Below, piece after piece: positions 10,184-21,968 of a stretch of DNA of 64,000 bases (within the stretch, counting starts at the first letter, position 1; each line of letters opens with the position of its first letter). The notes under the pieces are model-generated. The model ran no database searches. It worked only from the letters and a program-made list of their open reading frames with translations, and was not told the DNA's origin. The DNA is from an uncultured cyanobacterium (GTDB lineage: Bacteria; Cyanobacteriota; Cyanobacteriia; CAKZMO01): NCBI GenBank assembly GCA_963719515.1, contig CAVRCJ010000004.1:1-64000 (forward strand), in the 5' to 3' direction. The translations under genes were made by a program, and so were the position numbers.

Positions 10184-10464
10184 AGTTAACAGCTACTTTA
10201 TCTTGTACGACAGTTCTTCATTATCTAGGGAATTGGCGCACCGTCGAAGCTAGAGGGCTATGATTCGATGACAGCCTAAGGGTCTAGCCGGCTTTTCCCT
10301 CTATTGGGTGGTGACAAGGACTGATGAAGTTTGGCACTGAGATTTTGATTGGAGGATATATTGAGTAACATTGGGGTATAGAGGGCAGCTCAAGGATTTG
10401 GGCTTTGTAAGAGGCCTGTGTAGCCAGGGCGATCGCCACCGATGACCAATCATTTTCCACTACC

Positions 10465-13400
10465 GTGAGTAGATTAGCGGAACTGTTTCAGTCTTGGGTC
10501 AAGCTGCGTACGCCGTCGCTGACCCGGCAAATTCTAAATAGATTCCTGGCAACTGCAGCCGTCGCCTCTTTGCTGGTGGGCGGATTGTCCGCTGTGACGG
10601 CAGGCCTGTTGCTCAAGCAAAACGTTGTGCAGCTGCAGCAGGTGCGGACGCAAAACGTTGCCTACAGCATCGGTGGATTCATCGACGAAACTTACGCCTA
10701 TCTGGGCCACCTTCAGCATTTGCCAGGGTTTGTGGCCCTACCCCTCGAGCTTCAAGAAAGGCTGACGATGGCGTTGGTGGAACAAAGCCGCGATTTTGAA
10801 GCGGCGGCTGTTTTCGACGCTGACGGAACAGTACAGCTGGTGCAAAACGGTCCCGCAGCTTTAAAGGCGGAACCCGGCGCGGCGGCCAACATCGCTGCCC
10901 GCTGGCAGGCGGCGCAGGTCAATGACGTGCCTGCGGCGCTGCGGCACCTAACCCAAGGTCAGCCCTTTTTCGGCCTCGTGAGGCTAGACGAGAACCAGTC
11001 TCCTATTGTGACAATGGCTGTCCCGCTGCACAACGAGACAGGGCAGGTCGAAGGGGCGCTAGTCGCCAAAGCCAGTCTTTCTCGGCTGTGGTCCACAATC
11101 TCTGAAGCCGACTACCAGTCTGGATACGTCTACATTTTAGATGAGCACAATCGCCTGATTCTTCAATCCGATCGGGCATTGACTGCAGCCGATTTTCCAG
11201 ACGACTATCCGATCCTCCGCAACGGTGAGCCCAAGGTGCTGGCGCTAGCGCCGGGGGAGGATGCCGCCAGATCGCGCTCCTACGTCGGTCTGCGGGGGAC
11301 TAGGGTTATTGGCCAGAAGATGTCTTTGGACCAAGTTCCCTGGACAGTCGTTGTCGAACTCCCGGTGACTGAGGCCTATGCGCCTCTTAAGACACTGCTG
11401 TTGACGATCGGGGCCTCAATGATCCTGGCGGGGGGCGCGGCGATCGTCATTAGCAGGCTGCTTTCCCGGAAGCTCGTCCGCCCCATTCAGGATTTGACCC
11501 GCATCGCTGCCGACCTAAAACTTGGAAAATTCGAGACCGCTAGACAGGCATCCCTGCCAAAAGCGGGGGAGCTCGCCGCCCTAGCGACCACCATAAAGCA
11601 AATGTCAGCCCAGATGGAGGTTTCTTTTGAGGCCATCCGCGACAGTGAAGAAAAGCTCTCGCTCCTGCTGGAAAACATTCCCACCGGCGTCTGCGTTTCT
11701 GACGGAGCAGGCCGGGCGGTTTTAATCAACCAAGCCGGTCGCGCCATTTTGGGCGCAGGCGATACGCTAGGGCTGAGGGACTTAGACTCAGTTTATGGTC
11801 TCCACTATCCCAATTCCGGTCAGGCCTATGCCGCTGCACAGTCTCCGATTGCGCGAGCGCTGTGCGGCGAAACGGTACATATCGCTCACGCCAGCGCACA
11901 TTGTGAGAATGGTCGAATCTTTCCCATTGAGATTCGCGCTATCCCAGTTTTAGACGCTCAGCAGCGCGTTCGCTACGTCATCAGTGCCTACCAAGACATC
12001 ACGGAGCATTGTGAAATCGCGCAGCTCCAGGCTCGCTATCAGCAAGACTTAGAGCGGCAGGTTGACGAGCGGACGGCTGCCCTAGCCGAAAGTGAAACTC
12101 GGCAGCGGGCAGTGCTGCAGGGTATTCCTGATCTAATGTTTTTGCTGAGCTGTGACGGCATCTACCTTGACAGCGTACGTACCAGCCCTGAGACTGACCT
12201 CTCCTACGGGGTAGAGGTCAGGGGGCTGTCAATCGAGCAGACCCTTCCCCCCGAGGTCGCGGAGCGACACATGCGCGCTGTTAGGCGGGTGGTGGAGACT
12301 GGAGAGGTGCAGATCTACGAGCAGGTCATAACGCACCGGGGCCGCATTCTGTACGAAGAGGTCCGCGTTGCGCCCTGCGGCGACGGCAAGGTGCTCCTAA
12401 TTATCCGAGATATCAGCGATCGCAGGCAGGCGGAGCGGGCGCTGCAAAAGAGCGAAGCGGCCTTCCGGGAAATGTTTGAGCAGGCCGCCGTGGGCATCAA
12501 CCAGGCCGATCTGGACACGGGGCGGTTCATTGTGGTGAACCAGGTCTTCTGCGATTTACTGGGCTATAGCGAAGCTGAGCTCAAAGAAAAAAGCTATATT
12601 GACGTGACCTACCCTGGAGATGTCGCCGTTACCCCAGACAACGTGCAGCGTCTCTATCGCCAGGAAGTGCTGTCGCTGTCGTTTGAAAAGCGCTACTTAA
12701 GTAAGTCAGGAAAGCCAATCTGGACTCAGGTAACGCTGTCGCTGATTTTAGACGATAGCGGCCAGGCCAAAACGAGCCTGGCTGTTGTGCGCAACATTAG
12801 CGATCGCAAGCAGGCTGAAGTCGCCCTCCAGCAGAGCGAGGCGACCAACCGCGCAATGCTGCAGGCGATTCCCGACCTCCTGCTTCGCCTAGACAGCGAC
12901 GCCAATCTTCTGGAGCTGTTTGGGGCTAGGCAGCCTGCGACCCATAGGGCCGTCGACGAAACTGCTGACAGGACTTTTGGCTCGGTTTCTGAAGATTACC
13001 TACAGCATCGTGCCTCCTTGCCTCACTCTGAGGAGCTGATGCAGCGGCGGGTCATTCGGCAGGCAATCGAGACCAAAACTCTGCAGGTCTACGACTATGC
13101 CATTCCTGCCGGGGAAAGCACGCGCTATGAGGAAGCGCGTATTGTGCCTATGGAGGACGACCAGGTGCTCGTGATGCTGCGGGATATCACCGCGCAAAAG
13201 CAGGCTGAGATTGAGCTAGAAAATCAGCGGCGCTTTCTAAACCAGGTCATCGACACAGTGCCTAGCGCCATTTTCCTCAAAGACGAAACGGGGCGCTTTA
13301 TCGTAGCCAATCGGGCGAGCGCAATGATGTACCTCACCTCTGTCGAAGACTTGTTGGGGCGGCAGGATCAAGACTTTAACAGTGATCCAGCGCAGATTGA

Positions 13401-16059
13401 GCGAGCCGCTGCTGTCAGTGAGCAGGTGATTGCTTCTCGAAGAACGATTGTCAATCCCGACGATGCCTTGACCAACTCGCTGGGAGAAACGCGGTACTAC
13501 TACACCACCATTGCTCCCTTCGTCGACCCAAGTGGGCGCGTCAAGGGGGTGATCGGCAACAGCATTGACGTCACCGAGCGTAAAGCTGCCGAAGTCGCCA
13601 GACGCCGCAGCGAGGCCATCAACCAAGCGATTAAGAATGCGTTTCCCGACCTGATCATTTGCATGAATCGGCAAGGCATTTGCCTAGATGTCAAGCCTGC
13701 CAAAACCGTGTCGATACCGGTGCTAGCCCAAGAGGCTTCTAGAACCCACATCAGCCGGTACTTGCCTGAAGGCGTTGCCCAACTGCAGCTAGAATGCACC
13801 CGCCAGGTGCTAAAGGACGGAAAAACTGAGGTTTACGACTTCTCCGTCGTCATTGATGGCGATCGCTACTGGCGAGAGGCGCGGACGGCTCCCCTTGGCC
13901 CTGATGAGGTCTTGTTGGTTATTCGAGATATCACTGAGCAGCGAACTGCGCAACAAACCCTGCAGCGTAGCCTGGAGCGGGAACAGGCAACAGGGGCGAT
14001 TGTAGATCGAATGCGCCGCAGTTTGGCTTTAGATCAAATCCTAGAAATTACGGTGAGAGAGCTGCGGCGCGCTTTGTACTGCGATCGCGTCGTCATCTAT
14101 CGCTTCAACTCGGACTGGAGCGGCTCAATTGTGGCAGAGTCGGTGGAGCCAACTTGGGTCTCTTTGATGGGGGATGCCGTTTGTAGTCCTTACGGAACCG
14201 TCAACCAAGCAGATTGCATCTTCAAGGGCGCTGCCAATTTCAACCGGTCGAGCGCGATTGTCGATACCCACCTGCAAGAGACTAAAGGGGGGATCTACGC
14301 CGATCAGCGCAGCTGTCTGCAGGTCAATGATATCTATGCCCATGACTTTGAACCCTGCTACATAGAGCTGCTAGAGCAGTTTCAGGCGCGGGCCTACCTA
14401 ACCACGCCTATTTTTCAGGGAGACACGCTTTGGGGGCTGCTGGCCGCGTACCAAAACGACGGTCCCCGAGATTGGCGGGATTGGGAAGTCAACATTTTGC
14501 TGCAGGTCGGGGCGCAGCTGGCGATCGCCACCCAACAGGCACAGCTCGTAGCTCAGCTACAGCAGGCCAAAGAGATTGCCGAAACCGCCAACCAGTCTAA
14601 AAGCACTTTCTTAGCCAACATGAGCCACGAGCTGCGGACGCCCATGAACGCTATTTTGGGCTTTGCGCAAGTCCTCGACCGTGATCCGGCTCTCCCCAAG
14701 GAGCACCAGGCCTATGTTCAAACCATCCTTCGCAGCGGCGATCATCTTCTACAGCTGATTAACAGCGTGCTGGACCTCTCTAAAATTGAGGCTGGCCACG
14801 TGAGCGTTAACCCCAGTGAGTTTGATCTCTTTGAACTGATGCGATCGCTACAGTCGCTGCTCATGCTCCGCGCTCAGAGTAAAGGCCTAACGTTTTTGGT
14901 CGAGACCGCGCTCGATTTACCTCGATATGTGCGCTGCGATCAGAATAAGCTGCGCCAAGTTCTGATCAACCTGTTGGGTAATGCCATTAAGTTCACGCCT
15001 CAAGGGTACGTCAAGCTTCGTGTCCTGATAGATGAAGCTTCAGCGGTTTTGGCTAAGCCACTGACGGCAGTTGATACCGTGGGACAACCCTACCGGACGG
15101 TAACCCTCTTACTCGACGTCCAAGACAGCGGAATCGGCATCTCGGCGGCCGATCAACTGGCTATATTCGAGGCCTTCGAACAAGGGAAAATTGGTCAGAA
15201 TATTCCCGATGGGACCGGTTTAGGACTAACCATCAGCCAGAAGTTCATTGAGCTGATGCAGGGCCGATTGACGTGCTGCAGCACCCCTGACGTGGGAACG
15301 ACGTTTCGGGTTTCGCTACCCGTGGAGGTGACGCAGGTCCCGACGCTAGAGGCCCATTCGTCGACGGATGATGCGCTTTCCATCTGTGGCGTCGCTGGTG
15401 ATGTAAGGTACCGCATCCTGGTGGTGGACGATCAGCTGGAGAACCGGCAGTTTTTAACGACGTTGCTTTCTAGCGTCGGCTTTGAGGTTCAAGAAGCCGC
15501 TACGGGTGAGGAGGCGATCGCCTGCTGGCAGGCCTGGCAACCTCAGCTAATTTTGATGGATTTGCGAATGCCAGAAATGAGTGGATGCGAGGTAACCCGA
15601 CAGATTCGCGCTGCCAAACAGAACAGACCTCAGCTCACACAGCCTAAAATTATTGCGCTGACCGCTAGCGCCTTCAACGCCGATCGCAACAGTGCTGAAG
15701 ACGCCGGGTGTGACGAGTTCTTATGCAAGCCTATCTATAGGCAGCCGCTGCTGCAGGCTATCGGTCTGCTGCTAGATCTCGAATACTTCTACGATGACCG
15801 CGCCAATCGGTTCCCTGCACTAGATTCAGTGCCGACGCTGGAGATTGGTGCATTGAGGGTCATGCCCGATGACTGGCTGCTGCAGCTCCATCACGCCGCA
15901 ACACTCTGCGACGATACGCTCATCAACCAGCTGATCGAGAAAATTCCACCGGAGCACAGCGCCCTGCAACAGGCAATAGATTACTACAACAAGCGATTGC
16001 TGATGGAGATTATTCTAGATGCGGTTGGCCCCCATGTGGATACCGTTGTGCCGCGCTGA
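10465..16059 (+). CDS. hybrid sensor histidine kinase (Cache-HAMP-multi PAS-CBCR GAF-HisKA-HATPase-REC)
   Basis: two TMs, repeated PAS/PAC ends (RDIS/RDIT), [51 protein letters not shown]. Confidence 0.95.
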   Translation: MSRLAELFQSWVKLRTPSLTRQILNRFLATAAVASLLVGGLSAVTAGLLLKQNVVQLQQVRTQNVAYSIGGFIDETYAYLGHLQHLPGFVALPLELQERLTMALVEQSRDFEAAAVFDADGTVQLVQNGPAALKAEPGAAANIAARWQAAQVNDVPAALRHLTQGQPFFGLVRLDENQSPIVTMAVPLHNETGQVEGALVAKASLSRLWSTISEADYQSGYVYILDEHNRLILQSDRALTAADFPDDYPILRNGEPKVLALAPGEDAARSRSYVGLRGTRVIGQKMSLDQVPWTVVVELPVTEAYAPLKTLLLTIGASMILAGGAAIVISRLLSRKLVRPIQDLTRIAADLKLGKFETARQASLPKAGELAALATTIKQMSAQMEVSFEAIRDSEEKLSLLLENIPTGVCVSDGAGRAVLINQAGRAILGAGDTLGLRDLDSVYGLHYPNSGQAYAAAQSPIARALCGETVHIAHASAHCENGRIFPIEIRAIPVLDAQQRVRYVISAYQDITEHCEIAQLQARYQQDLERQVDERTAALAESETRQRAVLQGIPDLMFLLSCDGIYLDSVRTSPETDLSYGVEVRGLSIEQTLPPEVAERHMRAVRRVVETGEVQIYEQVITHRGRILYEEVRVAPCGDGKVLLIIRDISDRRQAERALQKSEAAFREMFEQAAVGINQADLDTGRFIVVNQVFCDLLGYSEAELKEKSYIDVTYPGDVAVTPDNVQRLYRQEVLSLSFEKRYLSKSGKPIWTQVTLSLILDDSGQAKTSLAVVRNISDRKQAEVALQQSEATNRAMLQAIPDLLLRLDSDANLLELFGARQPATHRAVDETADRTFGSVSEDYLQHRASLPHSEELMQRRVIRQAIETKTLQVYDYAIPAGESTRYEEARIVPMEDDQVLVMLRDITAQKQAEIELENQRRFLNQVIDTVPSAIFLKDETGRFIVANRASAMMYLTSVEDLLGRQDQDFNSDPAQIERAAAVSEQVIASRRTIVNPDDALTNSLGETRYYYTTIAPFVDPSGRVKGVIGNSIDVTERKAAEVARRRSEAINQAIKNAFPDLIICMNRQGICLDVKPAKTVSIPVLAQEASRTHISRYLPEGVAQLQLECTRQVLKDGKTEVYDFSVVIDGDRYWREARTAPLGPDEVLLVIRDITEQRTAQQTLQRSLEREQATGAIVDRMRRSLALDQILEITVRELRRALYCDRVVIYRFNSDWSGSIVAESVEPTWVSLMGDAVCSPYGTVNQADCIFKGAANFNRSSAIVDTHLQETKGGIYADQRSCLQVNDIYAHDFEPCYIELLEQFQARAYLTTPIFQGDTLWGLLAAYQNDGPRDWRDWEVNILLQVGAQLAIATQQAQLVAQLQQAKEIAETANQSKSTFLANMSHELRTPMNAILGFAQVLDRDPALPKEHQAYVQTILRSGDHLLQLINSVLDLSKIEAGHVSVNPSEFDLFELMRSLQSLLMLRAQSKGLTFLVETALDLPRYVRCDQNKLRQVLINLLGNAIKFTPQGYVKLRVLIDEASAVLAKPLTAVDTVGQPYRTVTLLLDVQDSGIGISAADQLAIFEAFEQGKIGQNIPDGTGLGLTISQKFIELMQGRLTCCSTPDVGTTFRVSLPVEVTQVPTLEAHSSTDDALSICGVAGDVRYRILVVDDQLENRQFLTTLLSSVGFEVQEAATGEEAIACWQAWQPQLILMDLRMPEMSGCEVTRQIRAAKQNRPQLTQPKIIALTASAFNADRNSAEDAGCDEFLCKPIYRQPLLQAIGLLLDLEYFYDDRANRFPALDSVPTLEIGALRVMPDDWLLQLHHAATLCDDTLINQLIEKIPPEHSALQQAIDYYNKRLLMEIILDAVGPHVDTVVPR

Positions 16060-16112
16060 CCTAAAACAGCGTTGGTTTGGCGCGGCACTGAGACAGAGCG
16101 GGCGCTACTGTC

Positions 16113-18335
16113 TTAGCCCACCTCAGCAACAAAGTCTGCCGACGTTAGCGACTCAACGTCAATGCCGCTAATTTGAGCCAGGGTGTCCCCCGCGACGCGA
16201 ACGACCGCAACCGTCCCACGCTGAACAATAGTCAGATCCTCGAAGGTGAGGTCAGACGCGAGGCCGAGCTGATCCTCCCCATCGCGGTAGTCCGTAATGA
16301 TGTCGAAGCCGCCGCCGGTCTGCAGGCTAAACGTATCGCTACCGCCGCCGCCGCGGATAACATCAATGCCGCCGCCGCCGGTAAGGGTGTCATCACCGCT
16401 ACCGCCGTTGACCAGGTCCCGACCCAAACCGCCGTCCAGCAAGTCGTTGCCTAGCCCGCCGTTGAGGGTATCGCTGCCTAGCCCGCCGTTGAGGGTGTCA
16501 GCGTTATTGTTGCCATTGAGGGTGTCGCTGCCGCCGCCGCCGTTGAGGGTATCCGCCCCCGAGCCACCATTCAGCAGATCGTTCCCGGTGCCACCGTTGA
16601 GGCTGTCAGCGTTACGCCCCCCGTTGAGAATGTCGTTGCCGCCGCCGCCATTGATCTTATCGCTGCCCCTGCCACCGCTCAGGTCATCGTCGCCGCGTCG
16701 ACCCAAGATCAGGTCTGCGCCGCCGTTCCCCAGGATGGTGTCCGACTCTGCAGTTCCCAGCAAAAGATCGGAGCCTCTGCCGCCTGCGATCGCCGGGTCG
16801 ATTTGGAAGATAGACGTGGTGCCGCTCACCTCGTTGGTGACTACCAACAAAGGCTGTCCATTGGGGCTATCGGCGGCAGAGATAAAGGTGAGACCCTCAG
16901 GCCCTAAGTCGCCCACCGCCGCTAGCTGCTCATCGGTGGGATCTGGATCCCCCTCTTCGTCTTCGTCGAAGACCACGCTAAAGTCGCGGTTGTTGATGTA
17001 CTGCACGAAGCTAGGAGCCGCGGGATTGCTGAGGTCGTAGACGACAACGCCGCCGACTCGCTCTAAGCCAATAAATCCGTAGGTGATGCCGTCCACAACG
17101 CCTGTGGTTACCCCTTCTGGTTCAGGGCCACCGTCGTCGCTGCGGCTGTCGAAAGTGTTGGCGTCATTGTCAGAGTTGAAGTTGTCGGGGAAGGCGTCCG
17201 CCGTAATGCTCTCTAGGTCTGACCCACTTTCAAAAACGCGGTTGCCGCTGGCGTCTAGGATGGCAAAGGAGCGGCCTCCCAAGGCAAACAGCTGGTCGAG
17301 GTCGCCATCGCCATCGGTGTCGCCATCGACAATAGAAACCTCTAGGCGACCCAAATTTTCCTCTAGCTGCAGCGTTGCGGCATCGGGAAACGCTGTCGGG
17401 TCTAGCGTCACGTCAGCGACGCGCTCAAAGTCCACAATTTGGTTGATGGCGTCGCGACCGTCTCCCTCGTTGGCCACGATGTAGAACGTTTCGCCACCAA
17501 TGTCAAAGGCGTCGATCCCGTCGGCCTGCAGGAACCGCAGCGCAGGCTGATCGGCGATGCTGATGCCGCCGTCTTCGTTGCTGGGGTCAAAGGGAGAATC
17601 AGAGGTGCCCAAGCTGATTAGGCTGGTCACCGTTGCCGTTGCGATATCGACAAAGGCCAGAGCGTTGTTTTCCTGAATAGTCACCACTGCAGTCTCGCCA
17701 TCCGGTGAGATGGTGACAAATTCAGGCTCTAGGTCTTGGGATGCCCTGTTGCCCGGAAAGATGCGAATGCCTGCTGAACGCAGGGCGTCTTCTTGCCCGT
17801 TGAAGGCTGAAAAGTCAGCGGTGGCTACGTTGGCTTGAGTTAGCCCTGCAATGCCACCGGAGATATCAACGACGCTGATAGAGCCCTCAGGATCGACTAT
17901 GAGGTCGTCGTTATCGTCTCCGACAGGCTCGCCTTCGTTGGCCACCACCACGAAGTTACCGTCAGGCGTGAACGCGAGCGAATCGGGCAAAACGCCGACG
18001 CCGATGATTACGGGTGTTGGAACAGCTGCGTTGATGTCGACGAAAGCAACAGAACCAGGAAGGGCATCGTCGTCGTTTGCCACGGAAACCGCCGCAATTC
18101 CGCCCTGAACCGCTACGCTAGTTGGGCTACCAGGAATCCCGAATGAGCCCAGGTCCAGACTGGTCACCAGCGTAGGATTGGTGGGATTTGCCAAGCTCAG
18201 GATGTCGACAGCGCTAGTGTCGCCGTTGATCTGTAGTAGCGACTGGGACGCTGGGTCGAACGCAGAAATTTCAGTTGCGCTCTCATCAAAGATGCCGGTT
18301 TCAAATCTACCAATAAGGTTTAAATCGATTGCCAT
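16113..18335 (-). CDS. choice-of-anchor I / alkaline-phosphatase-associated beta-propeller protein with RTX Ca-binding tail
   Basis: VANEGEP, DLEPE, DSRSDDGGPEPEG, GLERVGG, DLGPEGL, NEVSGT; GGxGxDxLx repeats. Confidence 0.85.
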   Translation of the reverse strand: MAIDLNLIGRFETGIFDESATEISAFDPASQSLLQINGDTSAVDILSLANPTNPTLVTSLDLGSFGIPGSPTSVAVQGGIAAVSVANDDDALPGSVAFVDINAAVPTPVIIGVGVLPDSLAFTPDGNFVVVANEGEPVGDDNDDLIVDPEGSISVVDISGGIAGLTQANVATADFSAFNGQEDALRSAGIRIFPGNRASQDLEPEFVTISPDGETAVVTIQENNALAFVDIATATVTSLISLGTSDSPFDPSNEDGGISIADQPALRFLQADGIDAFDIGGETFYIVANEGDGRDAINQIVDFERVADVTLDPTAFPDAATLQLEENLGRLEVSIVDGDTDGDGDLDQLFALGGRSFAILDASGNRVFESGSDLESITADAFPDNFNSDNDANTFDSRSDDGGPEPEGVTTGVVDGITYGFIGLERVGGVVVYDLSNPAAPSFVQYINNRDFSVVFDEDEEGDPDPTDEQLAAVGDLGPEGLTFISAADSPNGQPLLVVTNEVSGTTSIFQIDPAIAGGRGSDLLLGTAESDTILGNGGADLILGRRGDDDLSGGRGSDKINGGGGNDILNGGRNADSLNGGTGNDLLNGGSGADTLNGGGGSDTLNGNNNADTLNGGLGSDTLNGGLGNDLLDGGLGRDLVNGGSGDDTLTGGGGIDVIRGGGGSDTFSLQTGGGFDIITDYRDGEDQLGLASDLTFEDLTIVQRGTVAVVRVAGDTLAQISGIDVESLTSADFVAEVG

Positions 18336-18505
18336 AGAAATTCACCTGAAGTTTAATCAAAGTGCGCGTGGATTTCCCACCCTGCTCGTTACAAGGGCTA
18401 CTAAAATGCGGCCCACGGCAGTGTCGCACACCGAGGTGAAGATTAGGTTATGGTATTAAATTTGACGCGGCAGGCGCTATAGGCCACTATCCCTGGCTAC
18501 TGGCC

Positions 18506-18587
18506 GATACGGCCACTGACGATACGGCCACTGACGATACGGCTACTGACGATACGGCCGCTGACGATACGGCACTGACGATACGGC
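18506..18587. repeat. 15-bp tandem repeat GATACGGCCACTGAC, about 5.5 copies
   Basis: adjacent copies with 0-1 differences just past the GH63 stop codon. Confidence 0.93.
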
Positions 18588-18591
18588 AGCT

Positions 18592-19965
18592 TTACTGCCC
18601 CAGAAGCAAATCCAGCACCAAGGCTGCCGTCCAGGCAAAGCTGTTTGACCCCAATCCTTTGCCCGTATCCGAGTGAAAATACTCGTACAAACCGGCCTGC
18701 TTCGGCAAGATAAGAGACGCCTGGCGGAGCTGCTCGGCTTCAACGGTATAGCTGTAGGTCTTTAGGCCTTGGTGGAGCAGCCAGTTGAGGTTGAGCCAGA
18801 TGGAGCCCCGCCAATGCTGACCGGGATGAAAGCCTGCCTCATGGCGGCTGCAGCTCAAGATGCCGCAGGTTCTAACCAGGGGAGAGTAGAAAGCTGATGA
18901 TAGCAGATGCTGCACCATCTGGTGCGCCTGTGGAAGACCCGGCACCTGACCGTAGAGAGGCACAAAACTGCTGGCTACGCAGGAGGACTCGTGAGTCTGA
19001 TTCACAAGGTCATAGTTTTGGTAGTAGCCCAGCTTGTCGTTCCACAGCTTTTCATTCATGCTGATAGCCGTTTGCTCAGCCCAGCGCTCAAAGGGAGACG
19101 GATCGAAGTCTAGTAAGTGGGCGATCGCCGCTAAATCTCGGTTGGCTTTGACCAGCAGCGTGTTGAACAAGACGTCTTGAACCAAGAAAGGACAGTCTGC
19201 TCGAATTGCCGCTTCGTCGTAGCTGTGGCGGCGGGCCTGATTGAGGAGATAGAGGCAGCGATCGTAGTTGATGTCGCTGGAGTAGTGAGTACCGCTGGTG
19301 CGCTGCAGCCCTGGCTGCGGGTAAGGCGAAATTTCATCCGAGTTGACCTCAATGCGCTGTAGAACCCTGTCCCATAGGGGAGAGTTATCTTGCCCAGACT
19401 CCCAGGGATGACGGATGTAGATGAGACCGTCTCGATTGGGGTTGCGCTCTCGGTAGAGATAGTGATGCCAGGCTATGAGGCGAGGAAACAGCTCGACAAG
19501 AAATTGATAGGCAGCCTGGCGGTCGGTGGCGTAGCGGTAGATTTGCCAAGCGGCGGTAGCATGCACCGGAGGCTGAATAATGCCTGAGGTAGCGGGGATA
19601 TGAGGGGCGTGGGGCGATCGCTCGGCCTGCCAGACCTCTGGCCCTGGAAAATAGTGAGCGTCGCCGCTGCGCCAGTGGTGAAACACGATATGGGGCAGTA
19701 GACCATTGCGCCACTGGCCCTCAAACAGCGATCGCAGCTCCTGCATGGCCCGAGCTTGATCGTAGTGGGCATATCCCATCGTGATCAAGCTAGAGTCCCA
19801 GCTCCACTGGTAGGAAGATAGCCTTGGCGCGGGTCTCGTCGCATTGCCGAGCCAGTTGCGGTTGAGCACAGCTTTAGCGGCGCGGATCAGGGCGAGATCC
19901 GAGGAGGAGAGATCCAACGGCAGGGGGGTGGCGTCACGAACGTCCGGAATTTGGAAGGAGGTCAT
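18592..19965 (-). CDS. glycoside hydrolase, GH63/MGH1-like (mannosyl/glucosylglycerate hydrolase family)
   Basis: QWSWDS, TSGIIQPPVHA, HPWESGQDNSPLWD, WRGSIW, YEYF, FAWTAA. Confidence 0.85.
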   Translation of the reverse strand: MTSFQIPDVRDATPLPLDLSSSDLALIRAAKAVLNRNWLGNATRPAPRLSSYQWSWDSSLITMGYAHYDQARAMQELRSLFEGQWRNGLLPHIVFHHWRSGDAHYFPGPEVWQAERSPHAPHIPATSGIIQPPVHATAAWQIYRYATDRQAAYQFLVELFPRLIAWHHYLYRERNPNRDGLIYIRHPWESGQDNSPLWDRVLQRIEVNSDEISPYPQPGLQRTSGTHYSSDINYDRCLYLLNQARRHSYDEAAIRADCPFLVQDVLFNTLLVKANRDLAAIAHLLDFDPSPFERWAEQTAISMNEKLWNDKLGYYQNYDLVNQTHESSCVASSFVPLYGQVPGLPQAHQMVQHLLSSAFYSPLVRTCGILSCSRHEAGFHPGQHWRGSIWLNLNWLLHQGLKTYSYTVEAEQLRQASLILPKQAGLYEYFHSDTGKGLGSNSFAWTAALVLDLLLGQ

Positions 19966-20310
19966 GGCATGTAGAGTCGGTTGTAGAACATGGCTCTCTA
20001 GCCCCAGAATGTGACTGATCTAGCACTTAGCTTTGCCAACCGGAGAGGTGCGGTAGTCTCCTGTGTCAGATTCTACTCTCAGGGCCTAATTGAGCTTCTC
20101 GCTATCCCCGCAACTTTACAGTATTTTTACGTAATGCACGCTGTATGACAGAACTCTCCGGCTTGGGGAACTCGGGGAACTTGGGTAGGCAATGTCACCC
20201 CACTTGGCGCTCTGCCCGAACTCTTCTGCCCGAACTCTTTTATGAGACCTATCCGATGACCTACTTCATGAGACCTGTTCTGCCTTTTTAGCCTCCAGCT
20301 GACTCAACTC

Positions 20311-21891
20311 TCAGAGCCGAGGTTCTGTGAATATCGCTTCCCACCCTTGAGGGCCAAACTCTTTTTGAAACTCAGTCACGGCCCACTGCAGCGATCGCCC
20401 GTGCTGCTGGGCCACCTGGATGGCATAGTCTCGGTAGGCCTGCTTATCTTCGGGGGTGGGCGACTCTCCAAAAATCGCGTGGCGATACCACTCTTCGCGG
20501 GGCCAGCGGCTAAAGCGCTGAAAAAACACCTTGCGGGTCCAGCTGGGGGTAGCCCCTGTCTCGAAAGTCTGCCGGCGCTGAAACCGAAAAAAGGCCAGCA
20601 GCTTGTCCTCATCTACCTGCTGCAGCTGGTCTTCGCTCAGCAATTCCACCAGGTCGTCAGTGCAAATTTGGTGCATTGAGGGCCATTGGTAGCGGCAGTC
20701 AGGGCACTCGGTGAGAAAAGTGCGCATGATGCGGCTGCAGAGGGGGCACTGCTTGCTGGGCGGTGCGCCGCCGCCTCGAGGCGCGAGGCTAGTTGGCAGG
20801 TGATAGGCCTGGATATCTTCGGGAAAGCCTAGACGGGCTAGGTTGCCCGCCTGATCTAAAATCGTGCCGTGGGTCTTGCCCGTCTGCGGAGAAATGCGCA
20901 TCACCCGGCCAATCTGCTGGAAGTGCAGCGCGGTGGACTGGGTGGGCCGCAGCAGCAGCCCCACCTCGACGCTGGGCTCGTCGAAGCCAATGCTAATCAC
21001 GTTGCAGGAGGTGAGCACCCTCAGCTTTCCGCTACGCAGCGATCGGTACAGCCGCTGGCGGTCTTTAATTTTGGTCGAGCCCGCCACCACGTCCGCCGAG
21101 ACCCCTACGTCGCGAAAGGCTAGGGCCACATGCTCGGCGTGCTCAACGTCTACGCAAAAGGCGATGGTGCGCTTGTCCGGGGTGAGGCGCTGCCATTCCT
21201 CCACAATGCGGGCGATTAGCTCAGGGCGATCGCAGGCGTTTTTCAGATCCCTATCATCAAAGTCCCCCGCCATCATCCGCACGCCCCCCAGATCGATCTG
21301 CCCTTCAGCGGGAACGCCGTAGTATTTCATGGTGGCGAGGTAGCCCATGGCCTGGATGGCCGAGGGCACCGGGGAGGCCACCATGGCCTGAAAGTGATCT
21401 CCCATTTGCCCTGCCCCTAGCCGGTAGGGGGTCGCCGTCATGCCGATATGAATCGCGTCAGGGTGGGTGCGGTAAAGTACCTGCTGACCCACCTGACTAA
21501 AGGCGGTGGTGTGGGCCTCGTCGTAGAACACCATGCTGGCGGGCCAGCTGCGCCACCAGGGGCGCTTGGCCATGGTCTGCACGCTGGCAATCTGCATCGG
21601 GGCGTCAGGGTCTTCGGGCCAGCCCGCCTTGATGAAGCCGCAGCGTAGCCCAAAGGCCGCCATTTTGCTATAAGTTTGCTCGACCAGCACATCCAAATGG
21701 ACGATGAACAGCAGCCAGCAGCCTTGGGCGGCAGCATCGGCGCAGATTTGACCGCTGATGATGGTTTTACCCGCTCCGGTGCCGGCGATGATGGCAATGC
21801 GGCGGTGGCCCTGGTTGAGGGTTTGGTACAGGTTGTCAATTAGCTCGGTTTGATAGGGGCGGAGCTGAGGCGGTGGCGGAGCTTGGACCAT
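20311..21891 (-). CDS. SF2 DEAD/DEAH-box helicase with C-terminal Zn finger (RadD/YejH-like)
   Basis: LRPYQ, GTGAGKT, DEAH, TATP, QQIGRVMR, CPLC...CPDC. Confidence 0.9.
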   Translation of the reverse strand: MVQAPPPPQLRPYQTELIDNLYQTLNQGHRRIAIIAGTGAGKTIISGQICADAAAQGCWLLFIVHLDVLVEQTYSKMAAFGLRCGFIKAGWPEDPDAPMQIASVQTMAKRPWWRSWPASMVFYDEAHTTAFSQVGQQVLYRTHPDAIHIGMTATPYRLGAGQMGDHFQAMVASPVPSAIQAMGYLATMKYYGVPAEGQIDLGGVRMMAGDFDDRDLKNACDRPELIARIVEEWQRLTPDKRTIAFCVDVEHAEHVALAFRDVGVSADVVAGSTKIKDRQRLYRSLRSGKLRVLTSCNVISIGFDEPSVEVGLLLRPTQSTALHFQQIGRVMRISPQTGKTHGTILDQAGNLARLGFPEDIQAYHLPTSLAPRGGGAPPSKQCPLCSRIMRTFLTECPDCRYQWPSMHQICTDDLVELLSEDQLQQVDEDKLLAFFRFQRRQTFETGATPSWTRKVFFQRFSRWPREEWYRHAIFGESPTPEDKQAYRDYAIQVAQQHGRSLQWAVTEFQKEFGPQGWEAIFTEPRL

Positions 21892-21968
21892 AGCCGTTGA
21901 GCTAGCTGCAGCGCAGGGTGCTTGTGGGGCTTCTCAATTGAAGCAGATCACTCGTATTGGTTCAAGGA

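Noticed and set aside
16297..17484. long Pro/Ser-rich ORFs on the + strand (also 26701-27330, 22183-23445, 34006-35070)
   Set aside because: These are antisense shadows of RTX-rich or codon-biased real genes.
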